Positions 8,595-19,000 of a DNA stretch of 64,000 bases are shown here, one piece after another. How positions within the stretch are numbered: position 1 is the stretch's first letter; each line of letters opens with the position of its first letter. The stretch spans positions 1 through 64,000 of IMG/VR virus record IMGVR_UViG_3300037247_001169. One strand, written 5' to 3'. Origin of the DNA: a virus. Made by a program: the position numbers and the translations under genes. The notes beneath the pieces were generated by a model that was not told the DNA's origin, did no database searches, and was given only the letters and a program-made list of their open reading frames with translations.

Positions 8595-8865
8595 CGGGGG
8601 CTCCGGTGGGATGCCATTCGGCAGATAACCTGTGGTCGCTACGACAGAGCCGATCCGGGCCCGCTTGCAACAATCCGCCGTAGGATAGATGGGCCAAACG
8701 ACGTTCTAACTCCTGACGCATCATGCGGTGCGACACAAGGCTATGAGATTGTTTGTTCACGAGTTCTCCAAGCGTTCGTCCGGGCCAGTGTCTCACCAAT
8801 TGCAGGACCGCCACATTCGCGCGATGGCTATCGGATGCGAGCTGCGCATCGGATAGAGGGCTCAC
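8587..8865 (-). CDS. Winged-HTH DNA-binding protein
   Basis: VRHWPGRTLGEL..RRLAHL..RLC pattern; GTG start coupled to the RecT stop. Confidence 0.55.
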   Translation of the reverse strand: MSPLSDAQLASDSHRANVAVLQLVRHWPGRTLGELVNKQSHSLVSHRMMRQELERRLAHLSYGGLLQAGPDRLCRSDHRLSAEWHPTGAPDA

Positions 8866-10037
8866 GTATTCTCCCCGGGGGCTCCGGACTTGGACGTCTT
8901 TTCCAGCCGCGCCCTGACCTGCTCGTACATCTCCCTGAGTTTCCCCGGGTCGTTCACGGAATAGCACGCCCCGATATGCGGCCAGTCCTGGCCGGCCGCC
9001 AGGCTCCATTGGTGAAGCAACTGATTGGCGTCGGGAGTATTGAGTTCCGCGAACACGGTCGTCAACCCACGTTGCAGCACGCCGACCGAAGCCGGATCGT
9101 CTGCGGGCGCCTCGGGTGCAGGTTCGGCCGGCGGGGGCGCCGCGGCCTTCGACTTCGAGCACCTGTCCGCGTGCTGGTAACCGCGTCCGTGCTTCTTGCC
9201 GCCGCACTCAGGGCAGGTTTCGACTTTGGCTGGCGGAGGTGGGGGCGGTTCGGGTTCCGGGGTCTCGGCTTGCGTTTGTGGCGCGCCGTCGACGTCGGCA
9301 ACGAACGTGCCACCGCCCGGATCGGGCATCGTCACGGTTTCCGGCTCCGGCGCCGCTTCCGGCTGCTTCGTGACCTTCGACGCGTCGAAGGGTTCGCGCG
9401 GGGCCTGGGTTTTGCCACTGAGGTCAAGGCCGTTGAGCACATCGTCAACCGCCATTTCCTCGCGGGAGTAGAGGCCCTTGGTGATGTCGGGAAACGTATA
9501 ACGCAATCCGAAGCTGCGGGCGCGTCGCAGGAGCATGTGCTTTGGGTACGATCGGTATGTCTGTTTATCCCATAGCTTCGCTTTCTTGGCGTCGGCCACC
9601 GAGAACGTCTCTTTGCGCGGCTTCCCGCCGATGCGACCAACGATGCAGTAGGCTTCGAGTGTGTCGCCCTCGCCAGTCCATCCTTCCTCAAACACGGTTT
9701 GGTCGAAGAGCGACGTCTTGCGCATGCACAGGCCCAAAAGCATGTCGCCCCAGACCGTCGGCCGGCCATTGATGACGGCGATATTCTGAACGGACTGCAC
9801 GGGATCGATGCCCAACTCGGCGCCGAACTGCATAGCGACAACAATCCCCTGCTGGTTCATCCCGTCTGGCGCCCAACCGGCCTTGCCGACGCAGGCGGCG
9901 AATCGCCAGTAGTCGTCCATCGTCTGCAATTGCATGCCGAGCTGCCCGCTTGGCGGCGGGGTGCTTGGTACTGTCGACCGCACTTGTTCGCGCGCTGCTG
10001 CCGCCGTCTGTTCCACTGCTGCTGTTGCCGTCGTCAT
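8862..10037 (-). CDS. RecT-like single-strand annealing protein
   Basis: GAELGIDPVQSVQNIAVINGRPTVWGD, AKKAKLW, YPKHMLLRRARSFGLR..FPD..GLYSREE. Confidence 0.85.
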   Translation of the reverse strand: MTTATAAVEQTAAAAREQVRSTVPSTPPPSGQLGMQLQTMDDYWRFAACVGKAGWAPDGMNQQGIVVAMQFGAELGIDPVQSVQNIAVINGRPTVWGDMLLGLCMRKTSLFDQTVFEEGWTGEGDTLEAYCIVGRIGGKPRKETFSVADAKKAKLWDKQTYRSYPKHMLLRRARSFGLRYTFPDITKGLYSREEMAVDDVLNGLDLSGKTQAPREPFDASKVTKQPEAAPEPETVTMPDPGGGTFVADVDGAPQTQAETPEPEPPPPPPAKVETCPECGGKKHGRGYQHADRCSKSKAAAPPPAEPAPEAPADDPASVGVLQRGLTTVFAELNTPDANQLLHQWSLAAGQDWPHIGACYSVNDPGKLREMYEQVRARLEKTSKSGAPGENT

Positions 10038-10705
10038 TCTGTCCTCCCTGCTGTTCTCGTGTCCTTGTACACTTCGATTCCGCCGACTTGCTCTTCGGCC
10101 AGCTTGCCCATCGATGTCGCCGCCGCGTCGATGGCCTTCATGTTCGGCATCAGGTATGCCCGCTTGATTTGTGATGCGTTGACGATCCTAGCCTTCCATA
10201 CCGTGCGATGCGAGATCCCCTTGACGTTCGGCACCTCGCTACGGATCACGGGGGGGGGCGGTGATGGCTCCGCGGCCACCATCGCCTCAGCCGCCTCCGG
10301 CATGTCCGCCTGTCGCAATTCTTCGGCCTTGCGCGCTTGCTCTTGTGCGAGACGTTGCCGTTCGCGCTCGGCCGCCTCTTGCTCGCGGCGCACGCGGGCT
10401 TCTTCCTCGCTCTTGTATCTGCCCATCTTGCCGTCAAACAGATCTTGCGCCACCTTAAACGGCCCGAGACACGTGTTCTCAAGAGCGCAGATAGACTTGT
10501 GGGCCCTATTGGCATCAGCCTTCGCTTCCTGGAACAGTGCCTTCACTGCCTTGATCCGGGACCGACAGCTCAGCGTATGTTCGCCGGCTATCTTGTACGA
10601 CGGCGCATCGGCCACCTCAAAAGCCGTGGCAAGCCGAACGAGGCTCGCACTTGCGGTGTCGAGATCTTTCGTGTCCGGCGCTGTGATCGTCGCCAGTTCA
10701 ATCAT
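10034..10705 (-). CDS. Coiled-coil phage protein of the recombination module
   Basis: Coiled coil plus KGISHRTVWK..GGIEVY tail. Confidence 0.7.
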   Translation of the reverse strand: MIELATITAPDTKDLDTASASLVRLATAFEVADAPSYKIAGEHTLSCRSRIKAVKALFQEAKADANRAHKSICALENTCLGPFKVAQDLFDGKMGRYKSEEEARVRREQEAAERERQRLAQEQARKAEELRQADMPEAAEAMVAAEPSPPPPVIRSEVPNVKGISHRTVWKARIVNASQIKRAYLMPNMKAIDAAATSMGKLAEEQVGGIEVYKDTRTAGRTE

Positions 10706-11282
10706 CCTTTGCTCCCTTGTTTCCCCGGTAGTTGTAAGCGTTCAGGTAACTCAGCCACCCGGCGGCGTCCGCAGGGTCATCGTGCTCTACCCACTTGGCT
10801 TTGCCATTACGACCGAGGTAGACGCAGCCTCGCACGTTAACGCCTATGCAACATTGCCTGTAGCCCTCGGTCTGCAACGGATGCCACCACTCAGGGGCGC
10901 CGGTTTTGATGTCGAGGAGGACGGTTGCTAGTCCAAGGTTCAAGAACGAACCACGTCTATCAAGCGTCCCGGCATAGCCGAGCCTCGCGTTACCGACCAT
11001 GACTTGCGTTAATGCAGGCACAAAGCGCGTTTCCGCCCGAAACGCGATCCACGCCTTCGCATACCCAATGTATTGCGGGCAGTAGATTTCGGCGGCTTCG
11101 ATGTCCAGCTCGCCCTTGTCATGCAGCTCCGTCAGCGTATCGATTGCCTTGCCCCGTTCGCGCCCCTCTTCGGTGTACCAGCGGGTGTCCACGCAGTTCA
11201 TCACCTTGAGGATATGCGTCACGCTCGGGACCGGGAGGCCGTTGATCTTGTACGTGTGAGTTGGCTCGTGGAATTCAATCAC
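10698..11282 (-). CDS. PD-(D/E)XK (Cas4-like) exonuclease
   Basis: VPSVTHIL, YAGTLD, LLDIKTG, QTEGY. Confidence 0.85.
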   Translation of the reverse strand: MIEFHEPTHTYKINGLPVPSVTHILKVMNCVDTRWYTEEGRERGKAIDTLTELHDKGELDIEAAEIYCPQYIGYAKAWIAFRAETRFVPALTQVMVGNARLGYAGTLDRRGSFLNLGLATVLLDIKTGAPEWWHPLQTEGYRQCCIGVNVRGCVYLGRNGKAKWVEHDDPADAAGWLSYLNAYNYRGNKGAKDD

Positions 11283-11553
11283 TTACCGCCTCCGCGGGCA
11301 ACTCGATGACGACTTCCGCGCGGGGCGGGGGTTTGGCCCCGGACTTGACAGCCAGCGCCTCATGGACCTTCGCAATGCACCCTTCAAGGGTCGGGGCGGA
11401 ATGCCAGCTAACCTCCTCGTGGTACAATTTAATCTCGCCAAGCCGGGGAGGGATGCCAACGTGACAGTTCATTTCTATCTGCAGCGCGGTGTAGGCAGCC
11501 GGCCATTCCGCTTGCAGCCGCTTTCCGATCTCGCTAGTTCGTAACGTTTCCAT
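11275..11553 (-). CDS. Hypothetical protein
   Basis: AGGAG RBS, coupled to downstream gene. Confidence 0.6.
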   Translation of the reverse strand: METLRTSEIGKRLQAEWPAAYTALQIEMNCHVGIPPRLGEIKLYHEEVSWHSAPTLEGCIAKVHEALAVKSGAKPPPRAEVVIELPAEAVSD

Positions 11554-11611
11554 TATTCACTCCTGTTTCACTGCCGACTCCGCGGGTTGGTCGTGGGGGC
11601 GGGGGGGGTTG

Positions 11612-11845
11612 TCATTCTTCATCCAACGCAATGCGGCCCTGCGCGTCCCTTTGGAACCCGTGTCTCGCATCCAAGCTCATAGTCCTGCACAAGCCGGCGG
11701 CGCAAAGGCGCAATATGCAACCGTCAGGCACGCATTTGCCCGCAGTATCGACTACACGCAGCTCGACCGTTCCATCCCCGACGTTGAATACGTCGATCTG
11801 CCTAATCGTCTCGGCCCCCGTTTCGCACACTCGCACCTTCATCAT
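11612..11845 (-). CDS. Hypothetical protein
   Basis: 77-aa ORF, ATGA coupling. Confidence 0.55.
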   Translation of the reverse strand: MMKVRVCETGAETIRQIDVFNVGDGTVELRVVDTAGKCVPDGCILRLCAAGLCRTMSLDARHGFQRDAQGRIALDEE

Positions 11846-12155
11846 TCACTCTCCAAAAGCTCGCCCCCGCCCCGACGTGTTGTAGCACGCGAGACGGGGA
11901 CTCTCTCGCCAGTGGTTGCATTAGAAAAGAGAACCTCCGCCGACTCTCGCCGACGGAGGTCTCCGGAGGGAAAGAGGTTTCGGAAAAACCACAGCGGGAA
12001 AATCCCGCACGCACAGCAGGCGTACCAGAGCACGTCGGCCCCCGACCGCCCTTGTCCGCCAGCTACAATGTCTTCAGGAATCCCGCTCATGGCGAACTCT
12101 CGCTCTGCCATCTCGTCAGCAATGGCATCGGCTTCCGCGAGTTCACGTTCGGAGT

Positions 12156-12499
12156 TCACGCCTTCGCCTCCGCGTCTTCGGATTTCGTTTCGGGTTTCGG
12201 CTCCTGTGCGAATGCTCTCCGTTTCACCATGACCGCGGCGCGTGCGTCCTGAAACAGCCTCACAGATTCTTCCCGCCTTAGCGGAATTGCACCGTTGTCG
12301 ATCGCGTCTATCCGCTTCCCTTTGGTCAAGTCGTAGTGAGGCAGGAACCGGTGGTTCTGAAACCATGCCCGTTCAGGCCGATACTCAGAGTGAACTCGTG
12401 CAGTTCGGCCAGCGTGTCGGCCGTCAGGTGGGCAACCCATCCGTAGGGCCAGGCTGAGGACTCCGGCCATTGGATTCCTCCGTCGACGTAGACGCTCAT
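12156..12499 (-). pseudogene. DUF4031-like gene with a 1-nt frameshift near 12,372
   Basis: MSVYVD..HLTADTLAELHEF..IGL in one frame, RAWFQ..PHYDLT..GA in another. Confidence 0.7.
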
Positions 12500-12568
12500 C
12501 GGGTGGGCTCCTGTGGGCTTGAGGGGTCCAACCGCCCAACCCGGGCCGTGCAGCTCGCCGTGCGTGAG

Positions 12569-12790
12569 TTATGGGCTCGCAGGGGCATTCTGTGGCGGCT
12601 CCGGAGTTTCAATGGGATTGGCGATTCCCGTCACGGATTCGACAGCCCGTTGAGCACCAACGGCCGCTGCAGCCGTCTCGATCGCCCAACGCACCCTGGA
12701 AATCGCCGTCGTGCAATAGGCCGGTGCTTTGCCTTCCAGCTTCGCTAGATCCTCATTTGGGACCTCCATCACCGTTACGCCCTGTGGCAT
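12569..12790 (-). CDS. Small protein, first gene of the leftward operon (possible regulator)
   Basis: AGGAGA RBS directly below a promoter. Confidence 0.6.
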   Translation of the reverse strand: MPQGVTVMEVPNEDLAKLEGKAPAYCTTAISRVRWAIETAAAAVGAQRAVESVTGIANPIETPEPPQNAPASP

Positions 12791-12815
12791 CGATTGTTCT
12801 CCTTTCGGCAGATCA

Positions 12816-12844
12816 AGTATAACCTACGCCTAGGCGGGATGCAA
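12816..12844 (-). promoter_or_regulatory. Sigma70-like promoter TTGCAT-N17-TATACT with palindrome CGCCTAGGCG in the spacer
   Basis: Read directly; AT-rich upstream tract. Confidence 0.7.
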
Positions 12845-12924
12845 ATACAATTTAGGATTTTTCTGGATATGCCGCGTAAGCGGGCGCTAGGCAGCGACCT
12901 CGTCGACGCCATCTGGTCGGGCCG

Positions 12925-13116
12925 CTAGCCCTTGCCCTTGGCTTTCGCCGCGTCTGCCAGCGTTCGCACGGCCTCAAGCCGAAGCCAGCCCGCGAGGACG
13001 GTGAGGTTCGTGCCGGACATTCCGCCGATGAAATCCCGTAGCGTCTCCTCCGCCTCGACTACCGTCATTATGATGGGCTTGCCAACGTCTGAGTTTTTCA
13101 GTTCTTTCGGGTCCAT
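12925..13116 (-). CDS. Hypothetical protein
   Basis: AGGAG RBS; last gene of the late operon. Confidence 0.55.
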   Translation of the reverse strand: MDPKELKNSDVGKPIIMTVVEAEETLRDFIGGMSGTNLTVLAGWLRLEAVRTLADAAKAKGKG

Positions 13117-13133
13117 GCGTGCTCCTGTTCTGG

Positions 13134-13409
13134 CTACAAATCGTCTCCGCCGTGTTGGGTGGCCTGGCGATGCACGAGATTGAAATCCTGTGCAACCCTC
13201 GCCGCGAGGAGTTGAAGGCGCGCCATTGATTCGGTTGGCGGCCCGCCCGGAACGTCGGACCGTGAATGCAGCTCGGTCACGACCGTCGTGACAGATGCGT
13301 CAGGGACTTGGTCGCGAAGCGCACCTTCCGCATCATAGAACGGCACGACCGTCTCGATGCTCTGGTCACCCGGGACGCTCACGGCTTTGAGAAAAAACTG
13401 GGTACCCAT
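13134..13409 (-). CDS. Hypothetical protein (tail-fibre associated)
   Basis: AGGAG RBS after the tail-fibre stop. Confidence 0.55.
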   Translation of the reverse strand: MGTQFFLKAVSVPGDQSIETVVPFYDAEGALRDQVPDASVTTVVTELHSRSDVPGGPPTESMARLQLLAARVAQDFNLVHRQATQHGGDDL

Positions 13410-13417
13410 GATATCTC

Positions 13418-16072
13418 CTACGAAACGGTGGTAGTGTCGTTTATCAGGTTCAAAGCGCCTAGCGCGTCCAAACAACTCTTCAACGCCCCCTCGGGATTAT
13501 CCCGAGCCCCGGATACAGTGGGCTTCACGATCGCCGTAGCCCCGCCGAAAAATACCATCTTGCTTGTGGCTTCTATGCGGATCAACGTGTTGGTTCCGCT
13601 GTCCCTGATGTTGAACCGGCCCGCCGTCGCGTATTCTACGCTTCCTCTGGCCGACCCACTTGGCCCCCACTCGCAAACCGAAGCAGTGAACGCCATCGCC
13701 TGAACGGTATTGGCCTGGAAGAAATACCCATCCCCGGTCGGGACATTGAAAATCGTACCGGCAGCCGCGTCGTGCTTGATGTAGCTGCCGGCAGCGGCCA
13801 ACGTGATTTGCGAGCCGGGCGCTGACAGTACCACGTCACCGGCATTCACCACCAAATCGCCGGCTTCGACCGTAACATCGAGGTTGCTCTCGATTGTGAG
13901 TGCCAGATCATTCGTACCGGCGAAATACTGCATGTCGCAGGCGGTCGTACTCCTCATCGTGGCTTTCCATTGCCCTACCAGGGCGTAGGCGCCACCCTGG
14001 TAGGAATAGAATGAAAAGCCGAACAGCTTCGTGCCGCTTACCACGTTGGCCGGTCCTGCTTTGGCTCGCCGATAGGAATGGAAAATCGAGTTACCCGCCG
14101 TATCGCTCTCAACCGTCAGGTACAATCCCGCGCTGCCACCCTCATTGTAGATGTACACATTCTTGTTCGCCGCTCCCGGCGAGAGGGTCGCGTTGACGCA
14201 CCAATTGCCGTTCTCGTCGACACGGCATTTCTCGGTGCCGGCGAGCTCGAACGTGATGGGGCCGGTGCCCGACGAGCCAATGGTCAACGCCGCGTTCGCT
14301 TCGCCGGTCGCCGTTATCAGTGCGGGATCACCGGTCGCCGCGTTCTTAACCGTCACTTCGTTCACGGCGGAACCGACGGAGGCGAACTTGAGAATCTCGT
14401 TGACGCTGCTGTCGACGATGCCGTCTTGGAACTCGACGCCGCCCCCAAACACCCAGTGGGGCGCTGCACGCAGCCACGCGAGGCCGCCGGTGGCCGCGTC
14501 GTTTTTGCATTGGATGACGACATTGTCGGCCAGCGCGGCATGGCCAAATATGCCGAGGCCCGCGGCATCCCTCATCGTCCGATCCGCACCGGCAGACACC
14601 TGAACCGTATTTGCGGCGCCGGATGCAGCCGCGGCGGTTACGGCAAGGCCGAGATCCAGATCCGCGTCCGGTGCCGTGATAGTGCGCGTATTCCCGGCGG
14701 TTATCGCTGAGAGCTGAAAATCCATCTCTTTGGTAACGTCGCCCTCGTCGAAGAGATGGAAGGCATTGTCGGCGAACTCCGTTGTAACACCGCTGGCGCC
14801 GCCGGCCGCCGTCAGCGGTGTAGCGCCCCGCAGATCCACGGTAGACACGTGCGCCCAGGTGCCGCCGATCAAACTCATAGTTACGCGGGCTATGAGGAAT
14901 CCGGTTTGCGAATCGACATTGAATTCGCTGGGGATCCTAAACACATCGTAGCCGTTGATATCCCCTTCTGCCGATGCCTGCTTATTGTAACTCCCGGTCG
15001 ACAAGTTCATCGCCAACGGAGAATACTCGCCGCCCTTGTTGGCAATCCCCCAGATTACCCAGTTGAAGTATTTCTTAACCGCTACACCGTTAGCATCATT
15101 CGTCAACGTCTCCAGGTCCGTCACGGGATCATACGCAGCGCCGTTCTGATTGATGATCAGAATTGCATCACCCGTCGCGGTATCCAGCGCAGGTGTTGTG
15201 TGCTTGTGCATCTGGCGAACGACGCCAGCCGTCACTGCGGCGTCGACCGTCGCCCCGCCACCGGCGACGGTCATCGTTAGGACAACCCCGGTTTTGTAGA
15301 TCGCATGTCGCGACCGTATAGCATCGGTTATGTGAACTATGTGCCCCAGACCGCCGGTCCCCTGAGCATGCTCGTTAATGTTGTGATTGGCGTATACGCC
15401 CTTGGTCTGAACGTATCCCGCTGAAGGAACCAGGAAGTAGCCGATCTTGATGTGCGCGATTGGGTCCGCCGGCCAATCGCTTGTAGACTTCGTCAGCGCT
15501 TTCGTGCTCTGTAGTATGTAAATGAAATTACCTGTCGGGCTGGTGTCTGAACCCGCATCGAGAGGAATGGTGGCAGGGCTCGGCGTGCAATCCAATGTCG
15601 TCGCGCCGTCGGAGAAGAGCATCGTCAGATCGCCGCCCCCGGCCTGCTCGATCGACATCGTCACGACCGTACCGTTGCTCGTGACCAAGGCGTTGAAAGA
15701 CTCGATGAACGTGCCATGGAAGAATGGGTGTATGTGTGCAGACGCAGCGGCGCCAATGTCGGTCAACACATTGGCAGGTGAGCGCCACTCGAGACCCTGG
15801 TCCTCGGAGTCCTTGACCCGGAGCATGTAGAGATCGGTCCCCGGCTGAAAGGCGGCGAAGTCGCTGTCTGAATCACTGACCACGAACTGGCCGGGCGTAC
15901 TCGCCTGAATGTTCCCGCCCTTGGCTTCCGCGCCCGTCGCCTGGGTGAACGTGACGGTAAACGGATTGCTCCCAGACAGATAATTGATATCAGCGGAAAG
16001 GCGCTGTAGCGCAAGGCGCACTTCCTCGAACGACTTGACGTTGGAGCGCACTGGGACAATCGACCTTGGCAT
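13418..16072 (-). CDS. Tail fibre/spike protein
   Basis: 884 aa, T/G/A-rich beta content, C-terminal KPTVSGAR..ALKSCLDALGALNLINDTT, position at end of the virion module. Confidence 0.75.
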   Translation of the reverse strand: MPRSIVPVRSNVKSFEEVRLALQRLSADINYLSGSNPFTVTFTQATGAEAKGGNIQASTPGQFVVSDSDSDFAAFQPGTDLYMLRVKDSEDQGLEWRSPANVLTDIGAAASAHIHPFFHGTFIESFNALVTSNGTVVTMSIEQAGGGDLTMLFSDGATTLDCTPSPATIPLDAGSDTSPTGNFIYILQSTKALTKSTSDWPADPIAHIKIGYFLVPSAGYVQTKGVYANHNINEHAQGTGGLGHIVHITDAIRSRHAIYKTGVVLTMTVAGGGATVDAAVTAGVVRQMHKHTTPALDTATGDAILIINQNGAAYDPVTDLETLTNDANGVAVKKYFNWVIWGIANKGGEYSPLAMNLSTGSYNKQASAEGDINGYDVFRIPSEFNVDSQTGFLIARVTMSLIGGTWAHVSTVDLRGATPLTAAGGASGVTTEFADNAFHLFDEGDVTKEMDFQLSAITAGNTRTITAPDADLDLGLAVTAAAASGAANTVQVSAGADRTMRDAAGLGIFGHAALADNVVIQCKNDAATGGLAWLRAAPHWVFGGGVEFQDGIVDSSVNEILKFASVGSAVNEVTVKNAATGDPALITATGEANAALTIGSSGTGPITFELAGTEKCRVDENGNWCVNATLSPGAANKNVYIYNEGGSAGLYLTVESDTAGNSIFHSYRRAKAGPANVVSGTKLFGFSFYSYQGGAYALVGQWKATMRSTTACDMQYFAGTNDLALTIESNLDVTVEAGDLVVNAGDVVLSAPGSQITLAAAGSYIKHDAAAGTIFNVPTGDGYFFQANTVQAMAFTASVCEWGPSGSARGSVEYATAGRFNIRDSGTNTLIRIEATSKMVFFGGATAIVKPTVSGARDNPEGALKSCLDALGALNLINDTTTVS

Positions 16073-16074
16073 CG

Positions 16075-19000
16075 TCAGGGACCCTCCCCACCCGGATACC
16101 GGTCGTGCAGCCGTCGTTGCCTGTCGCTTAGACTCCGGTTCAGTCTTCCGCTCTTGATGTCGAGCAGCTTATAGCCGCGTGCCCGCCACGCTTCGCGCAG
16201 TACATCGAAAACCTCTCGCTGGCTCATGCCCATCGCCTTGAAGAAACGGACGCTCGTTTCGTCCGGCTTCCTGTCCGTTAATCTCAGAACTTCCGCCTTG
16301 ATGAACGATTCCTCGTCGAACTCGTTTCTGAACAGCGAGTCTATCGTCTGGCCCGAAAGCCCCGCATCATCGAAGACCTTCCTGATCTCCTTTTCGATCA
16401 TCCCCAGTTTCGTGGCGGCGGGTATTTCCCGCTGAAGCCCCGCGAACAGTCGCCGTTTGGATTCGACCATCTCCTCATGCTTTTGGCGCAGCAGATCGAG
16501 GCTCACATCGCCCTTGCTGCGAGCGTGCGTAGTCAGGATGTTCGTCGCCTCTGACCAGTTCCCCGAGAAGTTTCGGGCTTGCCGACCCAAGGCGGTTGGG
16601 ATGTTGATCTGCATCGGACGCTGACCGGTCGCCGCCATCATTTCGTCGACCGGATCTCTGACCTGACCCCACGGCTCGATGACGCCACGCATCCCCCGGT
16701 AGGCGCGACGAACCTGCGCGATCGTGCCCGGTTCGTAGGCCCCCAGAAGATGCACGAAGACATCCCGGACCTGAGAGTCCCAATCCGCCTGCTCATTATA
16801 CACCGTCCCGCCGTACTCGGTCTTGTTGCGGGACACGTCGAGTATGCGCTGGACCAGCAGTTCTTCCGAAGTGAACGGGTCCAAAAACTTCTTTGCGGCA
16901 ACCATCATCGCCGGCAAGATCCCCTCGTCCTGGTTTCTCAGGAAGCGCATGATCGGACTGCGCATATACACGTAGGGATCGACGTAGCTCATGTCGATCA
17001 CGCGGAACGCGTGCGGCTTGTCGGGCACCGGCAGGTGGTAAAATTCCCCATCTACGGCGTAGTCCGGCAGGAACTCGCGCATCGCATTTTCCTGCTCCCG
17101 GTCCATTCCACTGACAAGCATACGGCTTACGGCGGAGATCGCGGGGATGGTAATCGGCACCAGCAGCGTGCCAACAAGGCGCTCGGCGGCGATGCCCCGC
17201 ATCTTGGGATCTTGAAACTCCGTGCCAATCCGCTTGAGGTTATTGCCGTAGGTGCGGAATATCTCATAGGGGAAGCTGGTGAACGGTGCCACCGGGGCGT
17301 TGCGCCCGATCGCCCGCCACAGTTCGGGGACCATCGAATACGTGGGCGCTGTGTCCCGCAGTTCGCGAGCCGCCATCTCTTCGAGTTCGATGTCAGTCGC
17401 ATCGGGCAATGCCTTGCGGAGCCGCGCCTGCATCATCTTCCACATGATGTAGCGCGGCAGATCGTCGCCCGCACGGTACAGTTTCGTGGCGGCCTCGATG
17501 GTCTTTGCGGTGCCCTTCGTGCCCCCTCGCAATGCCTTCGCCGCCGCGCGACGGTGCCAGGGCCTCGCATTATCGTAAAGCGAGTCTGCGAAGGCAGCCT
17601 CGTCGCCCTTGACCGCACCTTCAAGCGCATGTTTCATTTCGCCGGACACGGCCCCGTCGTGAAGCACGCCTAACTCGATTCCACGAACAACCGCAGCCCT
17701 GCGTTCTTTATTCGGCGTTCGCCGGAAATCATCGACGATGGTCCTCGCCGCGCGCATGAACCCTCGCGGACCGAAGTGCCATAAAAGACCGGTGTTAAGG
17801 AACATCTGATTCCACGAGAGGACGTTGCGCACTTGCGTCGTTTCCGACAGGACCGTTTTAGTGAGCTTCGCCCCGCCGATCGCCTTCAGGTACATCCGAT
17901 GGAAGTTCCCGACAGTATCGCTTTTCGTCGCTTGCTCGAATGCCTTGGCGACTTCCGGGTAGGTCTTGAGCCCGTTCAGCGGCCACATGGCCTCGCCGTT
18001 CTTTGCCGCGATTTCAGCCACGGCTTCCGGTGGGATGTTCGGGTCTTCAGCCTCGAACAAGAACCGCCCCAGCCCCTCTTGGCGGACCTGCGTCAGAAAC
18101 TTGTGGGCGGCGATTACGTGAGCCTGCTTTTGCGCACTGCTCACGAAGTTGAAGCGCGGGTCTTTGACTTCGCCCAGGAACGCCCGGTATATCTCCGGCA
18201 GATCCTTGCGCTTGATGAAGATCGACTGGTCCTTCTTGCCCAGCTTGGAGAAGAACCCTATTGGCGTACCCGCTTCCTTGGCTTTGAACAGCAGCTCGTT
18301 CATCTGCTGTTCGAGCTGGTTGTCGGTAAGCTCCATGCCGTCGGCCAGATACTCCTGTCGCAGCCAGCTCTTGAAGTCATTGCGGATCGTGACCGGGACA
18401 TTCTTCGACCACTTCGGATCGATGAATGCGCGGTACTGCCGGTGAAGCCAGAGACCCTTGTTCTTCTCGATGATCGCAGCCAGCCCACCTTCGACAACGC
18501 CGTCATTGATGAGCTGCGTGGACAGCTCGTCGATTTTCTGGCGCATCGCTCGCACGGGCTCTTGAAGCGGCTCGGGAAGAAAACTGACAATGGGCTTGCC
18601 CCCAAGAGCGGCGTTAACGGCCAAGACATCCTCGTCGCTCATCTTCCCCACACCGCCATACGCCTCTTTCGCTCCAGCCATGAAATCGCGGTCCAAGTTC
18701 TCGATCTCTTTGAGCCGGGCGCGATACCACTGGTTGCTCTCGCGGGCACGCTCGAAAGCGCCCTCCGGGAGAACGCCAGCCGGCGTGAACAGACGACGCA
18801 GGAAAGCTGTTACGGGATTGGCGCCCTTTCGCCGAAACTTTGGGATCTCGTCGACCGGCAGTGCCTCGCGTGGCAGTTCGACGGCCGGCTCGGCAGTTTC
18901 GGCCGCCTCTTCGCCTGGGGTGGGTGCGGGTTGCTGGAGCCGTACCTCCTGGGCCTGGCGGGCAACGGGCTCGGTTACAGCTTCATCCCGCGGCGCTTGG

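Noticed and set aside
10698-11282. CRISPR adaptation Cas4
   Set aside because: The context is the RecT recombination module; no Fe-S cysteine cluster and no cas1/cas2.
11594-11609. G-run as a phase-variation tract
   Set aside because: Intergenic, with no evident promoter or frame to switch.
13418-16072. Diversity-generating retroelement acting on the tail fibre
   Set aside because: No reverse transcriptase and no template/variable repeat pair seen.
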